Positions 11,249-23,971 are shown, numbered from the whole stretch's first letter. The stretch is DNA of 62,494 nucleotides, filler included, from Sanchytrium tribonematis (GCA_018985235.1; 16 parts of 16 records of this genome joined end to end with filler, not necessarily neighbours in it), one strand, 5' to 3'. Translations and numbers: made by a program. The notes: generated by a model not told the origin, from the letters alone.

Positions 11249-11662
11249 NNNNNNNNNNNNNNNNNNNNNNNNNNNNNNNNNNNNNNNNNNNNTTAATTAA
11301 TTAANNNNNNNNNNNNNNNNNNNNNNNNNNNNNNNNNNNNNNNNNNNNAGCCACAAGAATGACTATGCATACATTTTTTTGGTTGATTCCAGATATAATA
11401 TTCATTTGTCCAACTCTTATTACAATCAACAAATTTTACAAAATCTTGCATCTTGGATAATACCAAACCTTTATCACAGTCGTGCAATGGATTTAAGTGA
11501 CTATATATCTTTTTTCCAAGACAAGGTAGTTGAGCAGTGAATATCGAGATTTAAAGTATCAGGTATTTCGTTTATTATATCAATAAATCAATTAAGCTGT
11601 CCAGTTTCCACACTAACAAAATAGAAAATAATTTTTATCTTTTTGAAACACCGTTTTACCGA

Positions 11663-12424
11663 ATGCTGATCAACGAATATCGAGTCAGATTGCCTCTAAC
11701 AGTCGAAGAATATCAAATTGGGCAATTATATGCAGTTGCAGAAGCATCGAAAGATGAGACTGGAGGTGGAGAAGGTGTAGAAGTACTGAAGAATGAGCCT
11801 TGTGAGTATGAAGGAAAGAAAGGTCAATATACTTACAAAATATACAGATTTTCATCGAAAGTTCCCAGTTTAATTCGAGCTTTGGCTCCATCTGGTTCAT
11901 TAGAAGTGCATGAAGAAGCTTGGAATTGTTACCCGTGGTGTAAAACTGTTCTCACAAATCCATACATGAAAGACAAGTTCAAATTAATTGTTGAAACTAT
12001 TCATCATCAGGACAGCGGTATTACTGAAAATATTCATCAGATTAAAGGTGATGATTTAAAGGAACGACAAGTGGTAAATATTGATATTGCAAATGACAGT
12101 CTAGAACAAAAAGATTACAAAAAGGAATATGATCCCACGTTATTTCACTCTGAGAAAACTAATAGAGGCCCACTAGGTGCTGACTGGATTAAGTCTGTTC
12201 AACCAATTATGACTGCTTACAAACTTGTAACTTGTGAATTTAAATGGTTTGGATTACAATCTAAAATTGAATCTTTAATACAAGATATCCAACACAATTT
12301 AAATATCAAATTTAATCGCCAAGTATTTTGCTCAATTGATCAGTGGCATGGAATGACGATTGAGGACATTCGTCGTCTTGAAGATCAAACAAAAAATGAT
12401 CTTGATGCAAAAAGAGATAAATAA
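11663..12424 (+). CDS. Phosphatidylinositol transfer protein (START-like PITP alpha/beta class)
   Basis: EYRVRLPLTVEEYQIGQLY, GEGVEVLKNEP, EEAWNCYP, YKLVTCEFKWFGLQ. Confidence 0.95.
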   Translation: MLINEYRVRLPLTVEEYQIGQLYAVAEASKDETGGGEGVEVLKNEPCEYEGKKGQYTYKIYRFSSKVPSLIRALAPSGSLEVHEEAWNCYPWCKTVLTNPYMKDKFKLIVETIHHQDSGITENIHQIKGDDLKERQVVNIDIANDSLEQKDYKKEYDPTLFHSEKTNRGPLGADWIKSVQPIMTAYKLVTCEFKWFGLQSKIESLIQDIQHNLNIKFNRQVFCSIDQWHGMTIEDIRRLEDQTKNDLDAKRDK

Positions 12425-12449
12425 ACTGCAATTTCTAATTTTTGAAACA

Positions 12450-13214
12450 ATGTTGTTTAGAAGGACTATCAAAGTTTTGGTTCCTTGCAAGCGTGTAGTT
12501 GATTACGCCGTCAAAGTACAAGTGAATCCAGGCAACAAGTGGGTAAATGAAGACGTAAAACATTCGCTAAATCCATTTGATGAAATTGCCATTGAAGAGG
12601 CAATTAGACTAAAGGAGAAGAAAATCGCAACTTCAGTCACCGCACTATCTATTGGACCTAATAATGTTCAAGATGTATTGCGAACTGCTTTGGCAATGGG
12701 AGCAGACACCGCTGTTCATATTAATACTCCTGGAAGATTGGAACCTCTAAAAGTCGCTCAAGCTATAGCTGCATATTTAAAGAGTGAAAAACACGAATTG
12801 GTTATCGTAGGAAAACAGGCTATAGATGATGATGCAGCACAAACTGGCCCTATGCTTGCCGGCTTTTTAAATTGGAACCAAGCCACATCAGTGTCAAAGT
12901 TGACAATAAAGGGTGAAGACGTTGAAGCAATTAGAGAAATTGATGGTGGGCTAGAAACTGTAACATTTAAACTTCCTGCAGTACTCTCCACCGATTTAAG
13001 ATTAAATGAACCTCGATTTGCAACATTGCCAAAGATTATGCAAGCAAAGAAAAAAAAGATAGCTTCAATAGAATTGAGCTCATTGAAAGTTGATCCGGAA
13101 TTTCTAGTTGAAATAACTTCGGTAAGCGACCCTCCAAAACGTAAAGGCGGAGTCAAAGTCGAATCAGTTGATGAATTAATCTCAAAATTAAAAAACGAGG
13201 CCAAGGTTATTTGA
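12450..13214 (+). CDS. ETFB: Electron transfer flavoprotein beta subunit
   Basis: KRVVDYAVK, NPFDEIAIEEA, GKQAIDDD, REIDGGLE, DLRLNEPR; first ATG at 12450. Confidence 0.96.
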   Translation: MLFRRTIKVLVPCKRVVDYAVKVQVNPGNKWVNEDVKHSLNPFDEIAIEEAIRLKEKKIATSVTALSIGPNNVQDVLRTALAMGADTAVHINTPGRLEPLKVAQAIAAYLKSEKHELVIVGKQAIDDDAAQTGPMLAGFLNWNQATSVSKLTIKGEDVEAIREIDGGLETVTFKLPAVLSTDLRLNEPRFATLPKIMQAKKKKIASIELSSLKVDPEFLVEITSVSDPPKRKGGVKVESVDELISKLKNEAKVI

Positions 13215-13228
13215 GTAAACATATATAA

Positions 13229-14066
13229 CTACAATTTTACTGCCTCCATTTTTATCTCATTTGAAAGTTGCAGAAACGTGAGGCAATTGGGACTTTTGTT
13301 CTTGATGACAGATCCAGGATTTACACAAATGGTGAAATCTAATTTTTTGGCAAAAGGACTCAAGACACTTGGAACTATTAGCACGTGAGGAGTAACGGTC
13401 CAATTAATGGGCCTACATAACGGAAGATCTTCAGGAATGGGTACAGATGGCATCGGTCCGTTACTTAAAACAAATTCACAAAGCGTTGAGATTCTATCTT
13501 TCACATTTGTCTTGGCTACTTTTTGGTATGAATTGGATATGTATTTCACTGAGTCACAGCCGGTGCATCCAAATATAATATCGTCAATTGAAAAGGTACA
13601 TGGGCTAGGGAAAAAATGAAAATTTGGCTACATTACTTTATATTACCAGTCCTTGAAAATGATCGTTCAAATCAATCAACTTTGGAGAAGGATAAGTACA
13701 CAAGCTTGATATTGCCTCAAATGGGCTCGACGTAATAATAAATTTTGTATTAGGAAGTACTTCAGAAAGTTTTGCAAGTTTGGATATAAAGATATTATAC
13801 ATATCATCCGGAAACAATTCCAACTCTTTAAGGGAATCTTCATGAACAAATGGGCCATTAAAAATAGCATAATCGGGTTTCTTCGATGCAATTTCTTGAA
13901 TAGCTGAGTCAAAAGCAATCAATCCTCGAGAGTTTCCAAATGGGCCAGAAGCAATGGAAACTATATTATTCGTTGGCGACTCGGGAAAATTTTTGTACAT
14001 GGGAATCTTGGGATGTAAAATACTTTTGACTTGAAAAGCTCTTCCAGAAGTGTTTTTGCCAATTAA
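13229..14066 (-). CDS. POL12: DNA polymerase alpha subunit B, 5' partial; 19-nt intron at 13628-13646
   Basis: IASGPF and NGPFV; splicing restores PNFHFFPSPCTFSIDDIIFGCT; PHVLIVPS..PF and VNPG follow. Confidence 0.85.
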
Positions 14067-14166
14067 NNNNNNNNNNNNNNNNNNNNNNNNNNNNNNNNNN
14101 NNNNNNNNNNTTAATTAATTAANNNNNNNNNNNNNNNNNNNNNNNNNNNNNNNNNNNNNNNNNNNN

Positions 14167-15270
14167 CAAGGAAGGACTAACTTCGTTTTTTTTAAAAACT
14201 TGTTTCGAAAGAGGGTGTGGATTTCTTCTCATATCTGGCATATCGTCACTAAAAATAGAATCGGGTCTATCAGAAAGAACTATTGATATCATATTCGGTC
14301 TCTTACCCTTAGATTCAGCTTTGGAGCTTGAACTGTAAATGCCAGATTCTTCATCGTTTAAAAATGACATTGAACTAGAAATGTCAGAAAGTTCATCACT
14401 ATCTGTATAATTTTGGCCAAAATCGCTTTCATCAACGGAAGCTGCACCTACCTTTCTTGGCTTAAGAGGAGGGGCAGCTGGTGAGTCGTGGTAAATACTA
14501 TCCTGCTTAGGGGGTGGTGTCCGCAAAGGCTTCGGTATTGTTAGTGTAGTATGATGCTTTTCCTTCTTTTTAACTTTCGTTTTAATATAAGGGTGGTCGT
14601 ATTCGGTTTCACTGGTTAAGCTTGGTGGCCTCCTTTCAATGGAAAGGTCAGTTAATGATTCAAAATTGCTTTCTGAAGTCGTATCGCTGCTAATATCATT
14701 AAATTCAGCTGTCTTATTATATTTGGATTGTGGTTTATCAATATTTTTCCGAGAATTATAATTAGAGTCACGACTAAATACCGAAGAAGCCCGAAATTCA
14801 CCATAGTTATTATGGGAGTTTCTGTCATTGATTTTTTCCTCCAAATTTTTTTTCTTGGCCTCCAGTGGCAAGTCCCGTTTTTGAATTTTGGGTAGAGGTT
14901 TCCCAAATTTTTTAGATGATTGAGATTCAGCTGAATTTTTGGAGATCATAGATATGGCTGATTCACTGAGTTTTCTCTTGGAAGAACCTAAATTTCGAGT
15001 CATAGAAGGTGGTTGTGATATGTTTGCGGGGTTGAGGATTGTCGGGTTTGAGGTTGCGCTTCCTTTGCGTGTTCTACGCTTTAAAGTTTCTTGCCTTATG
15101 CCAATAGAATTCATTTTTACATCCATGAGATCAGACTTCAATTCGAATGCCTCTCTTTTTCTCTGTTTATCCATATGATTTAGTCGCATTAAAATCATTG
15201 AAAACATAATAAATATTAAGAATAAAAGGAATCCAAGAACACTGAGTGATATTAAAATCTCTGCTTCCAT
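14167..15270 (-). CDS. Single-pass membrane protein with Ser/Pro-rich disordered tail, 3' partial
   Basis: N-terminal TM segment and a long open frame; no family recognised. Confidence 0.6.
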
Positions 15271-15381
15271 GTTTGAAGGTTGCTCATTTCTCTTTTAATA
15301 TTCGAAGATTATCAGTGTGATTGGGCAATTTTTCATTTTTACTACCATCAATATTTTACAAAATGGATAATTGTACGCGTA

Positions 15382-16171
15382 ATGGAAGACTCGAAAAGAA
15401 CATTTGTTCATAAAATATTTAGTATTTTGGATAATGAGCGATTTAAAGAGATCATAAGCTGGAATGAATTTGGAAATGCATTCACTGTATTTTACCCAGA
15501 AGCTTTTAGTCAAAAAGTTTTACCCTTGTTCTTTAAACACGCCAATTTTTCAAGCTTTGTTCGACAACTAAATTTATATGGGTTCAAGAAAGTTAAAAAC
15601 CGATCATCTATATCGTTTATGCATGATAGATTTTTGCGTGGTAGAACAGATCTTTTAGAAACAATCAAACGAAAAACACCAGAAATCGAATTAAAACCTG
15701 AAGATAAAAGAGACATTCGATTGCTAGAGATGTACTCGCAGTTGCAAGATCAAAAACAAATCATAAAGGAACTCAAAGAAGATTTATTTAAGGAAAAAGA
15801 AAGAAGACATCAGATAAAAGTGAAGTATGACGAACTTTTACAAATTTGCAAAAATAGTAGTCTTCCTTGTAATTTATATTGATTTAGTAACTCCAGATTT
15901 CGAGGTTACTGATCTATTACCTAAACCAGTTCAACACCAAAGTCGCAATTCTTGGTCAAGCGAATTAAATAGCTCTATCATCTCGCCTTTAAGTAGCACG
16001 AGCAACATAACTGCCGCTAATTTAAGCCTCTTCTACAACAACATGAACGACTTCCTAAATACACCGCCAGTATCTCCTGAACGATTACGTCGCTCTGAAT
16101 TATTAAACCCGAATATACAAATATCGGTGGAGCAAAGTTCATTTGACTACCAAAATGACCAATTTGAATAA
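15382..16171 (+). CDS. HSF-type transcription factor; 19-nt intron at 15869-15887
   Basis: HSF DNA-binding domain (IISWNEFG, FFKHANFSSFVRQLNLYGFKK) plus coiled coil; the intron joins it to the 15827-16171 frame. Confidence 0.9.
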
Positions 16172-16201
16172 AGTCCATATTTATTTTTTGTAACCTAAGG
16201 A

Positions 16202-16882
16202 ATGTTACGATTGTACAAAAAGAACGTAACAATTTGGTCGAAACTACAAATGGGGCCTGCCGATCCAATTTTGGGAATTACTGAAGCATATAAAGCAGAT
16301 ACAAACCCTCAAAAAATCAATCTCGGAGTAGGAGCATATAGAGACGACAACGGAAAACCTTGGATATTGCCTAGCATCGAAAAGGCTGAATCTCTTCTAA
16401 AAGAAACTGATAAGGAATACGATCCAATTTCCGGCAGTTCACAATTCTGCCAACTGTCTCAAATACTCAAATTTGGAGGATTATTTGACAATATCGCGAC
16501 AACTCAAACGATATCTGGAACTGGTGCATTGAGAGTTGCAGGTGAATTCTTCAAAACCTACTATCAAAAACCAATATATTTACCAACACCAACTTGGGGA
16601 AATCATATTCCTATTTTTAAAAACAGTGGACTAGATGTCAAGTCTTATCGATATTTCGATCCAAAAACCAATGGGTTAGACTTTGGAGGTCTTATTGAAG
16701 ACTTAAGCAAAATTCCAGATGGTTGCATTGTGCTTTTGCATGCATGTGCTCACAACCCCACTGGAGTAGATCCTACATCAGAGCAATGGAAAGAAATTCT
16801 TGAAATAGTGTCTAAGAAAAAGCACGTTGTTTTATTCGATATGGCATACCAGGGATTCAGCAGCGGCGATCCATCAAAGGAC
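16202..16882 (+). CDS. GOT2: Mitochondrial aspartate aminotransferase, 3' partial
   Basis: GPADPILG, NLGVGAYRDD, HACAHNPTGVD, FDMAYQGF; short presequence. Confidence 0.92.
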
Positions 16883-17117
16883 NNNNNNNNNNNNNNNNNN
16901 NNNNNNNNNNNNNNNNNNNNNNNNNNTTAATTAATTAANNNNNNNNNNNNNNNNNNNNNNNNNNNNNNNNNNNNNNNNNNNNAACAGATGAAGAAATACA
17001 AAGCATAGTGTATCCAAATCTTTAAAATTAAAATAAATTGAACCATTTCGCTATTAGAATTCAACTAAAAGTGGCCGTACCGAATAGTTCCGACATTGAC
17101 ACTCCAGTTCGGCTTCC

Positions 17118-17873
17118 ATGAAACTTGCCCTAGTGATTTGGTTATTTCTATCAATTTGCCTAGTCTCTGTGTTCTTGGGTATTTATTACTGCATTAGTGT
17201 CTTCACGAAGAAAAGCAAAATATACTATTTAGTGGTTACGATCTATTTGCTCAGTGGTGGAGCCGCGGTCTCACTCGCGTTACGAAATATAGATGAAAAT
17301 TGGTGGAGTTTTGGCGTATTTATCATATCATACTATGCTTCTTATCTGATTACAAATTTGCTATATTTTTATCGTCTCAAATCGATCGGAGGTGAAAATA
17401 CATTAATGATCACCCTATGCAAATTTTCATTTTGGTTATTGGCATTATTGATAATTGCTAACAATATTTTGATTTTTATGGGATCTATTTCTGGTTTAGT
17501 CTTTAGTGTATTTGCTATTTTGTTATATTCCATTTCTCTCACATTAGAAATTTATCTTAATTTACAATTAATTAAATTGGTACAATTCATGTTTGAATAC
17601 AGAACAAGAGCCAAGACAGCTATGGTGCTAAAATGTAAAATATACCTCTCTATTGTTATTGCATTAGAATTCGTATTCCTGCCATTTAAATTTCTATATC
17701 CAGATATTTGCAATATCATTGATTCTATCAAAGTAATAGGATTCATATTCCGCTTGTATTGTGTCACAAATTTTTACAAGGATATTATCACCACATTCAA
17801 CATAGATGGTGACAATTCAAATCTTATATTAAACCAGTATGAAGAAGATTTTAGAATTGACAGTCAGCTGTGA
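17118..17873 (+). CDS. Compact seven-TM protein, GPCR-like topology
   Basis: Seven hydrophobic segments by eye; no family motif recognised. Confidence 0.55.
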   Translation: MKLALVIWLFLSICLVSVFLGIYYCISVFTKKSKIYYLVVTIYLLSGGAAVSLALRNIDENWWSFGVFIISYYASYLITNLLYFYRLKSIGGENTLMITLCKFSFWLLALLIIANNILIFMGSISGLVFSVFAILLYSISLTLEIYLNLQLIKLVQFMFEYRTRAKTAMVLKCKIYLSIVIALEFVFLPFKFLYPDICNIIDSIKVIGFIFRLYCVTNFYKDIITTFNIDGDNSNLILNQYEEDFRIDSQL

Positions 17874-18022
17874 AAGATATTAATGCGTTTAATAAATATG
17901 CTCGACTCTAAATTGGCTTCAAAAGGTGGTTTCAAACCCTTGATATCAAAATTTATAAATCGAATTAAATATTTTTCTAAAATTTGTTTTATTAAATATT
18001 TCCTAGCGCCTATTTATGACTA

Positions 18023-19393
18023 TTAATCACTCCATTGCAAAGAATTCAAGCAACTGTATCCCGTTGCGACTCCCCCTTCATTCACTCCCATCAATTTACT
18101 CCGCACCAGATAACCACCTACTCCATCTTTAAAGTGGTAATCATTAGATTTCTTTGACTTTGTACGAATAAACCAGCCATAAATGCCTATTTCACTCATT
18201 GTAGATCCTTTCATACTGTCCATTTTATTCAATTTCAAGTTCCATCTGTTCAAAGTATTATTCAGCGCATTAGATTCAATTCTTCGCATTAAGATATACT
18301 GTTTGTACTCAGTCTCTGGAATCGATTGTAAATGGTTCAATATGTCATTTCCATAGTAGTTATTGCTACCACCTTCCCTTTGAGGCTTCAAAACAAATTG
18401 AGATGGATTTGTTCGAATTAGATTTAACACATCCTCTAGTGAACGCAGCTGATCTTTATCATCAGATTTATAGTCTGTTGAGTCCATGGAGTACATATCC
18501 ATAAATGAGCTCGTTAGAGTATCGATTTCATTGTCTTTAAGATAATTTTCTAGTTCATTCTTATTCATAATTTGTTGAATTTTCTTGAGTCCCATCAACT
18601 GCAAATCTACGGATGGGCAATTTATTGCGTTGCTGTTTTCTAAGATCGACCTGGACTGCCATTCACTCTCTGTTGGGTAATCATTTGGAGTGTAGCCACA
18701 TCTGTAGTAAATCACCGTAACCAAATAAGTCAGTTGGTTTTTGTGAGTAAAATATAAATTGTCGTCAACCAATTTTAAGGCTCGCACATCAGCAAATGTG
18801 ATTCTAAACATCGGAATTTTTAAGCCATCCATTAATCCATATTGATCAGCCAAATTTGATTCAGTTGGTTGAACCATCATCAAAATACAGTTTCCTTGTA
18901 CATTTTCAATTTTAGAATTTCCATAATATTCATTCCAGGCATCATTGGCGTAATTTAGCGCATTTGTAATCACACATTCATTTTTTACAATATTTTCATG
19001 TAGAATGGTGTGACATTTGCTCACTTGCTGTGACAAATATCCAAATGAACTAGCAATACAATTTACTTCTACTTGCTTAAATTGATTGTCAGTATCTAAA
19101 ATATAATCAGCTCTTAAAATACCGAATTGAATGGGATTCTGCTGTTTTCTGCGAATTTTTAATAAATTGTTTATAAATGAGTCATTTAAGCTCGATAAAA
19201 TTTGAATATATCTTTCAATATGTGTCGGATGTAAAGATTTTGATTTAAATTGATTAATTAGAGTTTGGCATCGCAATAAGTGAGAATGCTGATCATGTGA
19301 TATTGGATATGGTGACGATGCAATTGGAGATGGATACCATTGGTCTTTCTTCATTAAAATGCCGAATACATGCGAAAGATTTTGGAGATCCAT
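18023..19393 (-). CDS. GSH2: Glutathione synthetase (eukaryotic type)
   Basis: GILRADY, KQVEVNCIASSF, YYRCGYTP, KPQREGGSNNYYG, EGGVATGY. Confidence 0.95.
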   Translation of the reverse strand: MDLQNLSHVFGILMKKDQWYPSPIASSPYPISHDQHSHLLRCQTLINQFKSKSLHPTHIERYIQILSSLNDSFINNLLKIRRKQQNPIQFGILRADYILDTDNQFKQVEVNCIASSFGYLSQQVSKCHTILHENIVKNECVITNALNYANDAWNEYYGNSKIENVQGNCILMMVQPTESNLADQYGLMDGLKIPMFRITFADVRALKLVDDNLYFTHKNQLTYLVTVIYYRCGYTPNDYPTESEWQSRSILENSNAINCPSVDLQLMGLKKIQQIMNKNELENYLKDNEIDTLTSSFMDMYSMDSTDYKSDDKDQLRSLEDVLNLIRTNPSQFVLKPQREGGSNNYYGNDILNHLQSIPETEYKQYILMRRIESNALNNTLNRWNLKLNKMDSMKGSTMSEIGIYGWFIRTKSKKSNDYHFKDGVGGYLVRSKLMGVNEGGVATGYSCLNSLQWSD

Positions 19394-19798
19394 TTTGTTT
19401 TGAAAATTAAAGCTGATGGCCAGACAACACTTTTTGTAAATGTTTTTATTCTGGATTCGTGAGCTAGACTAGCTATATTGGAAGAAAACTAAGCATTCGC
19501 CTTGTGTTAAAAGGCTTAAAGATATGCACGGAAATTAGATAATACATTTTATAGCAATCATATATAATGCCATTGTTCATAAATCTTCTTACTTATTAGT
19601 TTATTATTGATTAATTAATGGTATAAGGTAAACTTAAAGCTTTCGGGATGTACCACCATCTCCTTCTTCTTGTCAAGTGCATAATTTTCAAACTTGAANN
19701 NNNNNNNNNNNNNNNNNNNNNNNNNNNNNNNNNNNNNNNNNNTTAATTAATTAANNNNNNNNNNNNNNNNNNNNNNNNNNNNNNNNNNNNNNNNNNNN

Positions 19799-20134
19799 AA
19801 AGGGTAGCAACAGCAAACTAAACTGACGATGTATCATAAATGGAACAAATGAAATTGAAAATAACAAAAACACAAAATCAATTTGCATTAGATAAAGCAA
19901 TGATAGGATATATGCAGTGTATAGCACAGATAAAGGGAATGCCATTGATGGAACGATTTTTTCATCATTTGATTTAAATCTTCTAAAATAAATTATATTT
20001 GGGATTGAAAACGCAAGCAGCATCGTGAAGATGTCTATTTCATATGTCTTGACCATCAATAAAAGGAAAGTCAAGGCTATTAAATGGATTGAAATTTGTA
20101 ATATCAATCGCATTTTGTTACAAAGGAGGAGCAA
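19799..20134 (-). CDS. Hypothetical multi-pass membrane protein, 3' partial
   Basis: Hydrophobic ORF running into the spacer. Confidence 0.4.
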
Positions 20135-20317
20135 ATTTTATGTATTTTGTTTGGTCACATGTGTGACGAAGTGACGATTACAAAGAACAGGTCATTGATT
20201 TGAAGTCTTATCAACACTATCAAAAACACAATCCATTTCATCATTAGTTTTTAATTAAAAAATATTGTTGTAACTCAAGGCCAGCTTAAATAAGTGCCAC
20301 ATTTTTTCAAGTTTTGA

Positions 20318-20563
20318 ATGAAATTTGGAAATCAATTGTTGCTGAAAATTTTAAATGAGAAATATGGAGTAACGCATGTCAGTCGAGAAGAAGAATTGCA
20401 AGGAAATATATCAAAATCTTCCAAATTAAGTGTTAAAAATGCAAGTGAAAAGAAACTGAAGGCAAGAGCACTCCCATTTCGAAAAATCAGCAGTGATGCT
20501 AGTTGGCATACTGCAAAATCGTCATTTAGTTCTGTTGAAAGTGAAAAAAAAGATAATAAATAA
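20318..20563 (+). CDS. Small hypothetical basic protein
   Basis: ATG-initiated 81-aa ORF with AATAAA at its 3' end; no family recognised. Confidence 0.4.
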   Translation: MKFGNQLLLKILNEKYGVTHVSREEELQGNISKSSKLSVKNASEKKLKARALPFRKISSDASWHTAKSSFSSVESEKKDNK

Positions 20564-20648
20564 CATACATTCTCCTTTTGGGGATTTTGTTTCGACAATT
20601 AATTCACGTGTTTTTCGCAAGTTTGATCAGAAGTGAGTTAACTTATTA

Positions 20649-21131
20649 ATGCCACACTCATTTGGTTACAGAGCGAGAACTCGTCACTTATTTAAGAAAG
20701 ACTTTAGAGATAAAGGAACACCTAGTTTAAGCAGATATTTGATAAATTATAAAGTCGGTGACATTGTTGATATTAAAGCAGATGCAAGTATCCACAAAGG
20801 TATGCCATTCAAATATTACCATGGAAGAACTGGAACCGTCTTTAATGTTACAAAAACCAGTGTTGGTGTCATTTTGAACAAAAGAGTGAGACATAGAGTT
20901 ATCGCCAAACGTGTATACATCAGAATTGAACACGTCAAACCGTCCAAATGTAGAATTGACTTTTTAAACAGAGTTAACAAAAACAGAGAAGCATTGGTCC
21001 AAGCCAAAAAAGATGGAAAGCATATTCTATTGAAAAGACAACCTGGTAAACCAAGACCAAGCAGTTTCGTTAAAGTTAAGCATACTACATTAGAAACTGT
21101 CGCACCAATCCCTTACATTCCAGACTTTTAA
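20649..21131 (+). CDS. RPL21: 60S ribosomal protein eL21
   Basis: MPHSFGYRARTR, KGMPFKYYHGRTG, RIEHVKPSKCR. Confidence 0.98.
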   Translation: MPHSFGYRARTRHLFKKDFRDKGTPSLSRYLINYKVGDIVDIKADASIHKGMPFKYYHGRTGTVFNVTKTSVGVILNKRVRHRVIAKRVYIRIEHVKPSKCRIDFLNRVNKNREALVQAKKDGKHILLKRQPGKPRPSSFVKVKHTTLETVAPIPYIPDF

Positions 21132-21330
21132 AATAAAATCTTTTATTTTACTTCTTGTATATATACTTTGAAACTTCTGCACAAATCCCTTAAGCTTTGG
21201 AGAAGAAAACAGCTGGCGAAACGTTAGATGTGCAGCATCTCAAATGGCTTTAGTGGCTAGGAATTTTCTATGGTATAAAGTTTTGATTGGAAGATCGACA
21301 TTTAAATGACTCTCACGGTTAAGTTTTAAA

Positions 21331-22513
21331 ATGAATGAATGCAAGGTTGCAGTTGACATACTTCTTAGCGTGAATGCTACCACAACAAAGAAGGCAAACA
21401 ATACTCTAACAGTGGGATGCTGTTCATATCCTCCTCCAACCTCTAGGATATCATGTTCTGACAATCACGTCACCTATTTAAGGATATCAAATCCCTTGTC
21501 ACCTCCAATCGTTTTTGATGCCGAAAAGCTTAAGCAATTGCCATATCTGACATCAGTCAATATTGGTAGTGGGATAAAAGGTCAATTCCCTTCCTTTTCT
21601 TCTAATATTACGTCGATTATTTTGGACAATAGTCAATTTGAAGGTGCAGTAACTTTTCCACCACACACTATTTCTTTTTCGGCTAGAAACTCGAATCTCA
21701 ATGGGACTTTACAAAATTTGCCTTATGAATTGACAACTTTGGATATATCAGGAAATCGATTTACTGGCAATTTTCCATACCTTCAAAATGTGCATTATTT
21801 GGATCTTTCAGAAAATCTTTTCACAGGGTCATTTTACTCGTCGCAATCACTTCAGACACTCATATTATTTGACAACAACTTTTCAAATGTATATTTTTCC
21901 TCATCAGTACAGGATCTCAGATTTTCTGGAAGTCCCCTTGCAAAAATGACTCAGCCTTTCTCACAGCTCTCGCTCTTGAAATCATTAGAATTAAAAAACA
22001 GTTATCTTGGAACGTCCCTACTGACTTCCGATTTAACATCTTTGCCAAGTACTCTAACTAGACTTTCTATCAATGCACCCCAATTTGGAGGTATTTTACC
22101 TCAATTACCCGCAAATTTAACCTATTTGGATCTACAATATTCAAGTTTTGAAGCATTTCATGACTTACCGGGAAATCTTTTGGAATTACATTTAGACAAT
22201 ACGCAAACTATTAAAACAGTTCCTAAATTACCTGAGTCTCTTAAGATTCTCTATATGGGATACTCTCAGATTTCGTCTTTAACTAATATCCCATCAAAAT
22301 TGGAAAGTGTTTGGATGCCTGGAACACAATTTTCCGGTTGTGTGCCTGATTTCCCCAGCTCCCTACTCTTTCTATATGCTCAAGATAATAAGTTCAATTG
22401 TATTATCGAGTTCCCATCTTCTTCTTTACATGTTGAGTTGCAAAGAAATGTATTTAATGTTACAATTCCAAACTTTCCAAAATGCTTGCAAGAACTTGAT
22501 ATAAGTGACAACC
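21331..22513 (+). CDS. Cys-capped LRR protein, 3' partial
   Basis: EC...GCC...ISC cap followed by many LPxxLxxLxL repeats. Confidence 0.8.
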
Positions 22514-22613
22514 NNNNNNNNNNNNNNNNNNNNNNNNNNNNNNNNNNNNNNNNNNNNTTAATTAATTAANNNNNNNNNNNNNNNNNNNNNNNNNNNNNNN
22601 NNNNNNNNNNNNN

Positions 22614-23463
22614 TTGATGTAAATACATTTGCAGTGATTCCAAACCATTTTTGTCCAATTACCACAAATTCACCATTTTCAATCACTTGTGAAATGCCAT
22701 CACATTCCAAATGCACAATAATATCCACTAATTCATCACCAGGTTGATATAATTGACAATCTACATGATATGTTTCATGATTCATGGTGAATTCATAAAT
22801 TAATAAATTGGGTTTAAATTGATTCCATTCAAATGTACCTGGTACAAATGGACTATTGGCTGGAATAGCATTCTGTAAAGACATTTGAGTGCCATAGGGA
22901 AGATGGGATGACTTTACTAGTGCTAATAAGATGGATTGATCATTTACAGTAAAAATAGAGTTAATAGTATCTCCATTTAATTGTAATTTGGTGTAAGTGC
23001 GTGGGGATGCATCAGATTGAAAATGGCACGAGAAATCAATATTGGATGGATTCGAATATTGTGTTTTAATGGAATTTCCACACTTTAATTGATAATCTGG
23101 ATGAAATTGCCAATTTAATTCAGTCAATTCTAAATGCGTCTCGGATTGATCTAAATCAAATGTATTGACATTGTGAGTGAATTCATCTGATATTTTCAAT
23201 TTTAAATCATGTGTGATTGTAAATTGCAAATGAATATCAGGTGATTGATCAGATGTTTTGGGTGATTTGGGTGCTTTGACACGCCAATGGGTAGTTGATC
23301 GAGTCACATGGATGGATTTTAATGTGAATACATCAATATGATTCTGATGAATGATTTGGCAGTTGGTATTTAATGATTTGATGAAATCAGGGAGATTGGT
23401 GCATTCAAAACATGCATTGACGATGAATTGGAACAACATTTGATGAAATGGGATGCATGGCAT
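22614..23463 (-). CDS. Hypothetical protein, possibly secreted, 3' partial
   Basis: Long open frame; possible start at MLFQFIVNA. Confidence 0.55.
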
Positions 23464-23552
23464 TTTAATTGATAAATGGCATCATAATGGAGTCATTTTG
23501 ACATCCAAGGGGAAATGTGATTGAAAAATGGCAACATTTTGATAAATTGATT

Positions 23553-23858
23553 TTATTGACATAGAATATAGGCTTCACTACCAGATACGAGCTGGGGGAT
23601 CATGATAATTGTATTCGCAGGCAAAATTAATTGATTTCCATTGTGAATCAAATCAATTTGTTGAAAAACTTTACCAGTAGTTTGCTGTACTTTGAGTGTG
23701 TATTGATGTGAGAGATTGACTGAGACGGTGATACCTAAATTGGAGAATTGAATGGATTTACCAGGTTTTAAAGTGTATTGGAGATGGTTATCACGGTGCA
23801 AAGTGAATGAGATTGCAAATAAAGTGAAGACGAATGTCAACATGACATGGCAAGGCAC
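23553..23858 (-). CDS. Small hypothetical protein, possibly secreted
   Basis: MLTFVFTLFA hydrophobic start followed by a beta-rich body. Confidence 0.45.
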   Translation of the reverse strand: MPCHVMLTFVFTLFAISFTLHRDNHLQYTLKPGKSIQFSNLGITVSVNLSHQYTLKVQQTTGKVFQQIDLIHNGNQLILPANTIIMIPQLVSGSEAYILCQ

Positions 23859-23971
23859 ACTTTATTATAAATGACATTTTTGGCAATAATTAGCCATGAT
23901 TTGGCGATCATAGTCCAATCGAATAAATTTGAATATTTTTTAAATTGGTCTGAAACATTTATAAAAAATTA

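Noticed and set aside
11349..11560. Short minus-strand ORF at the contig edge
   Set aside because: No ATG start and no recognisable motif; cannot be supported.
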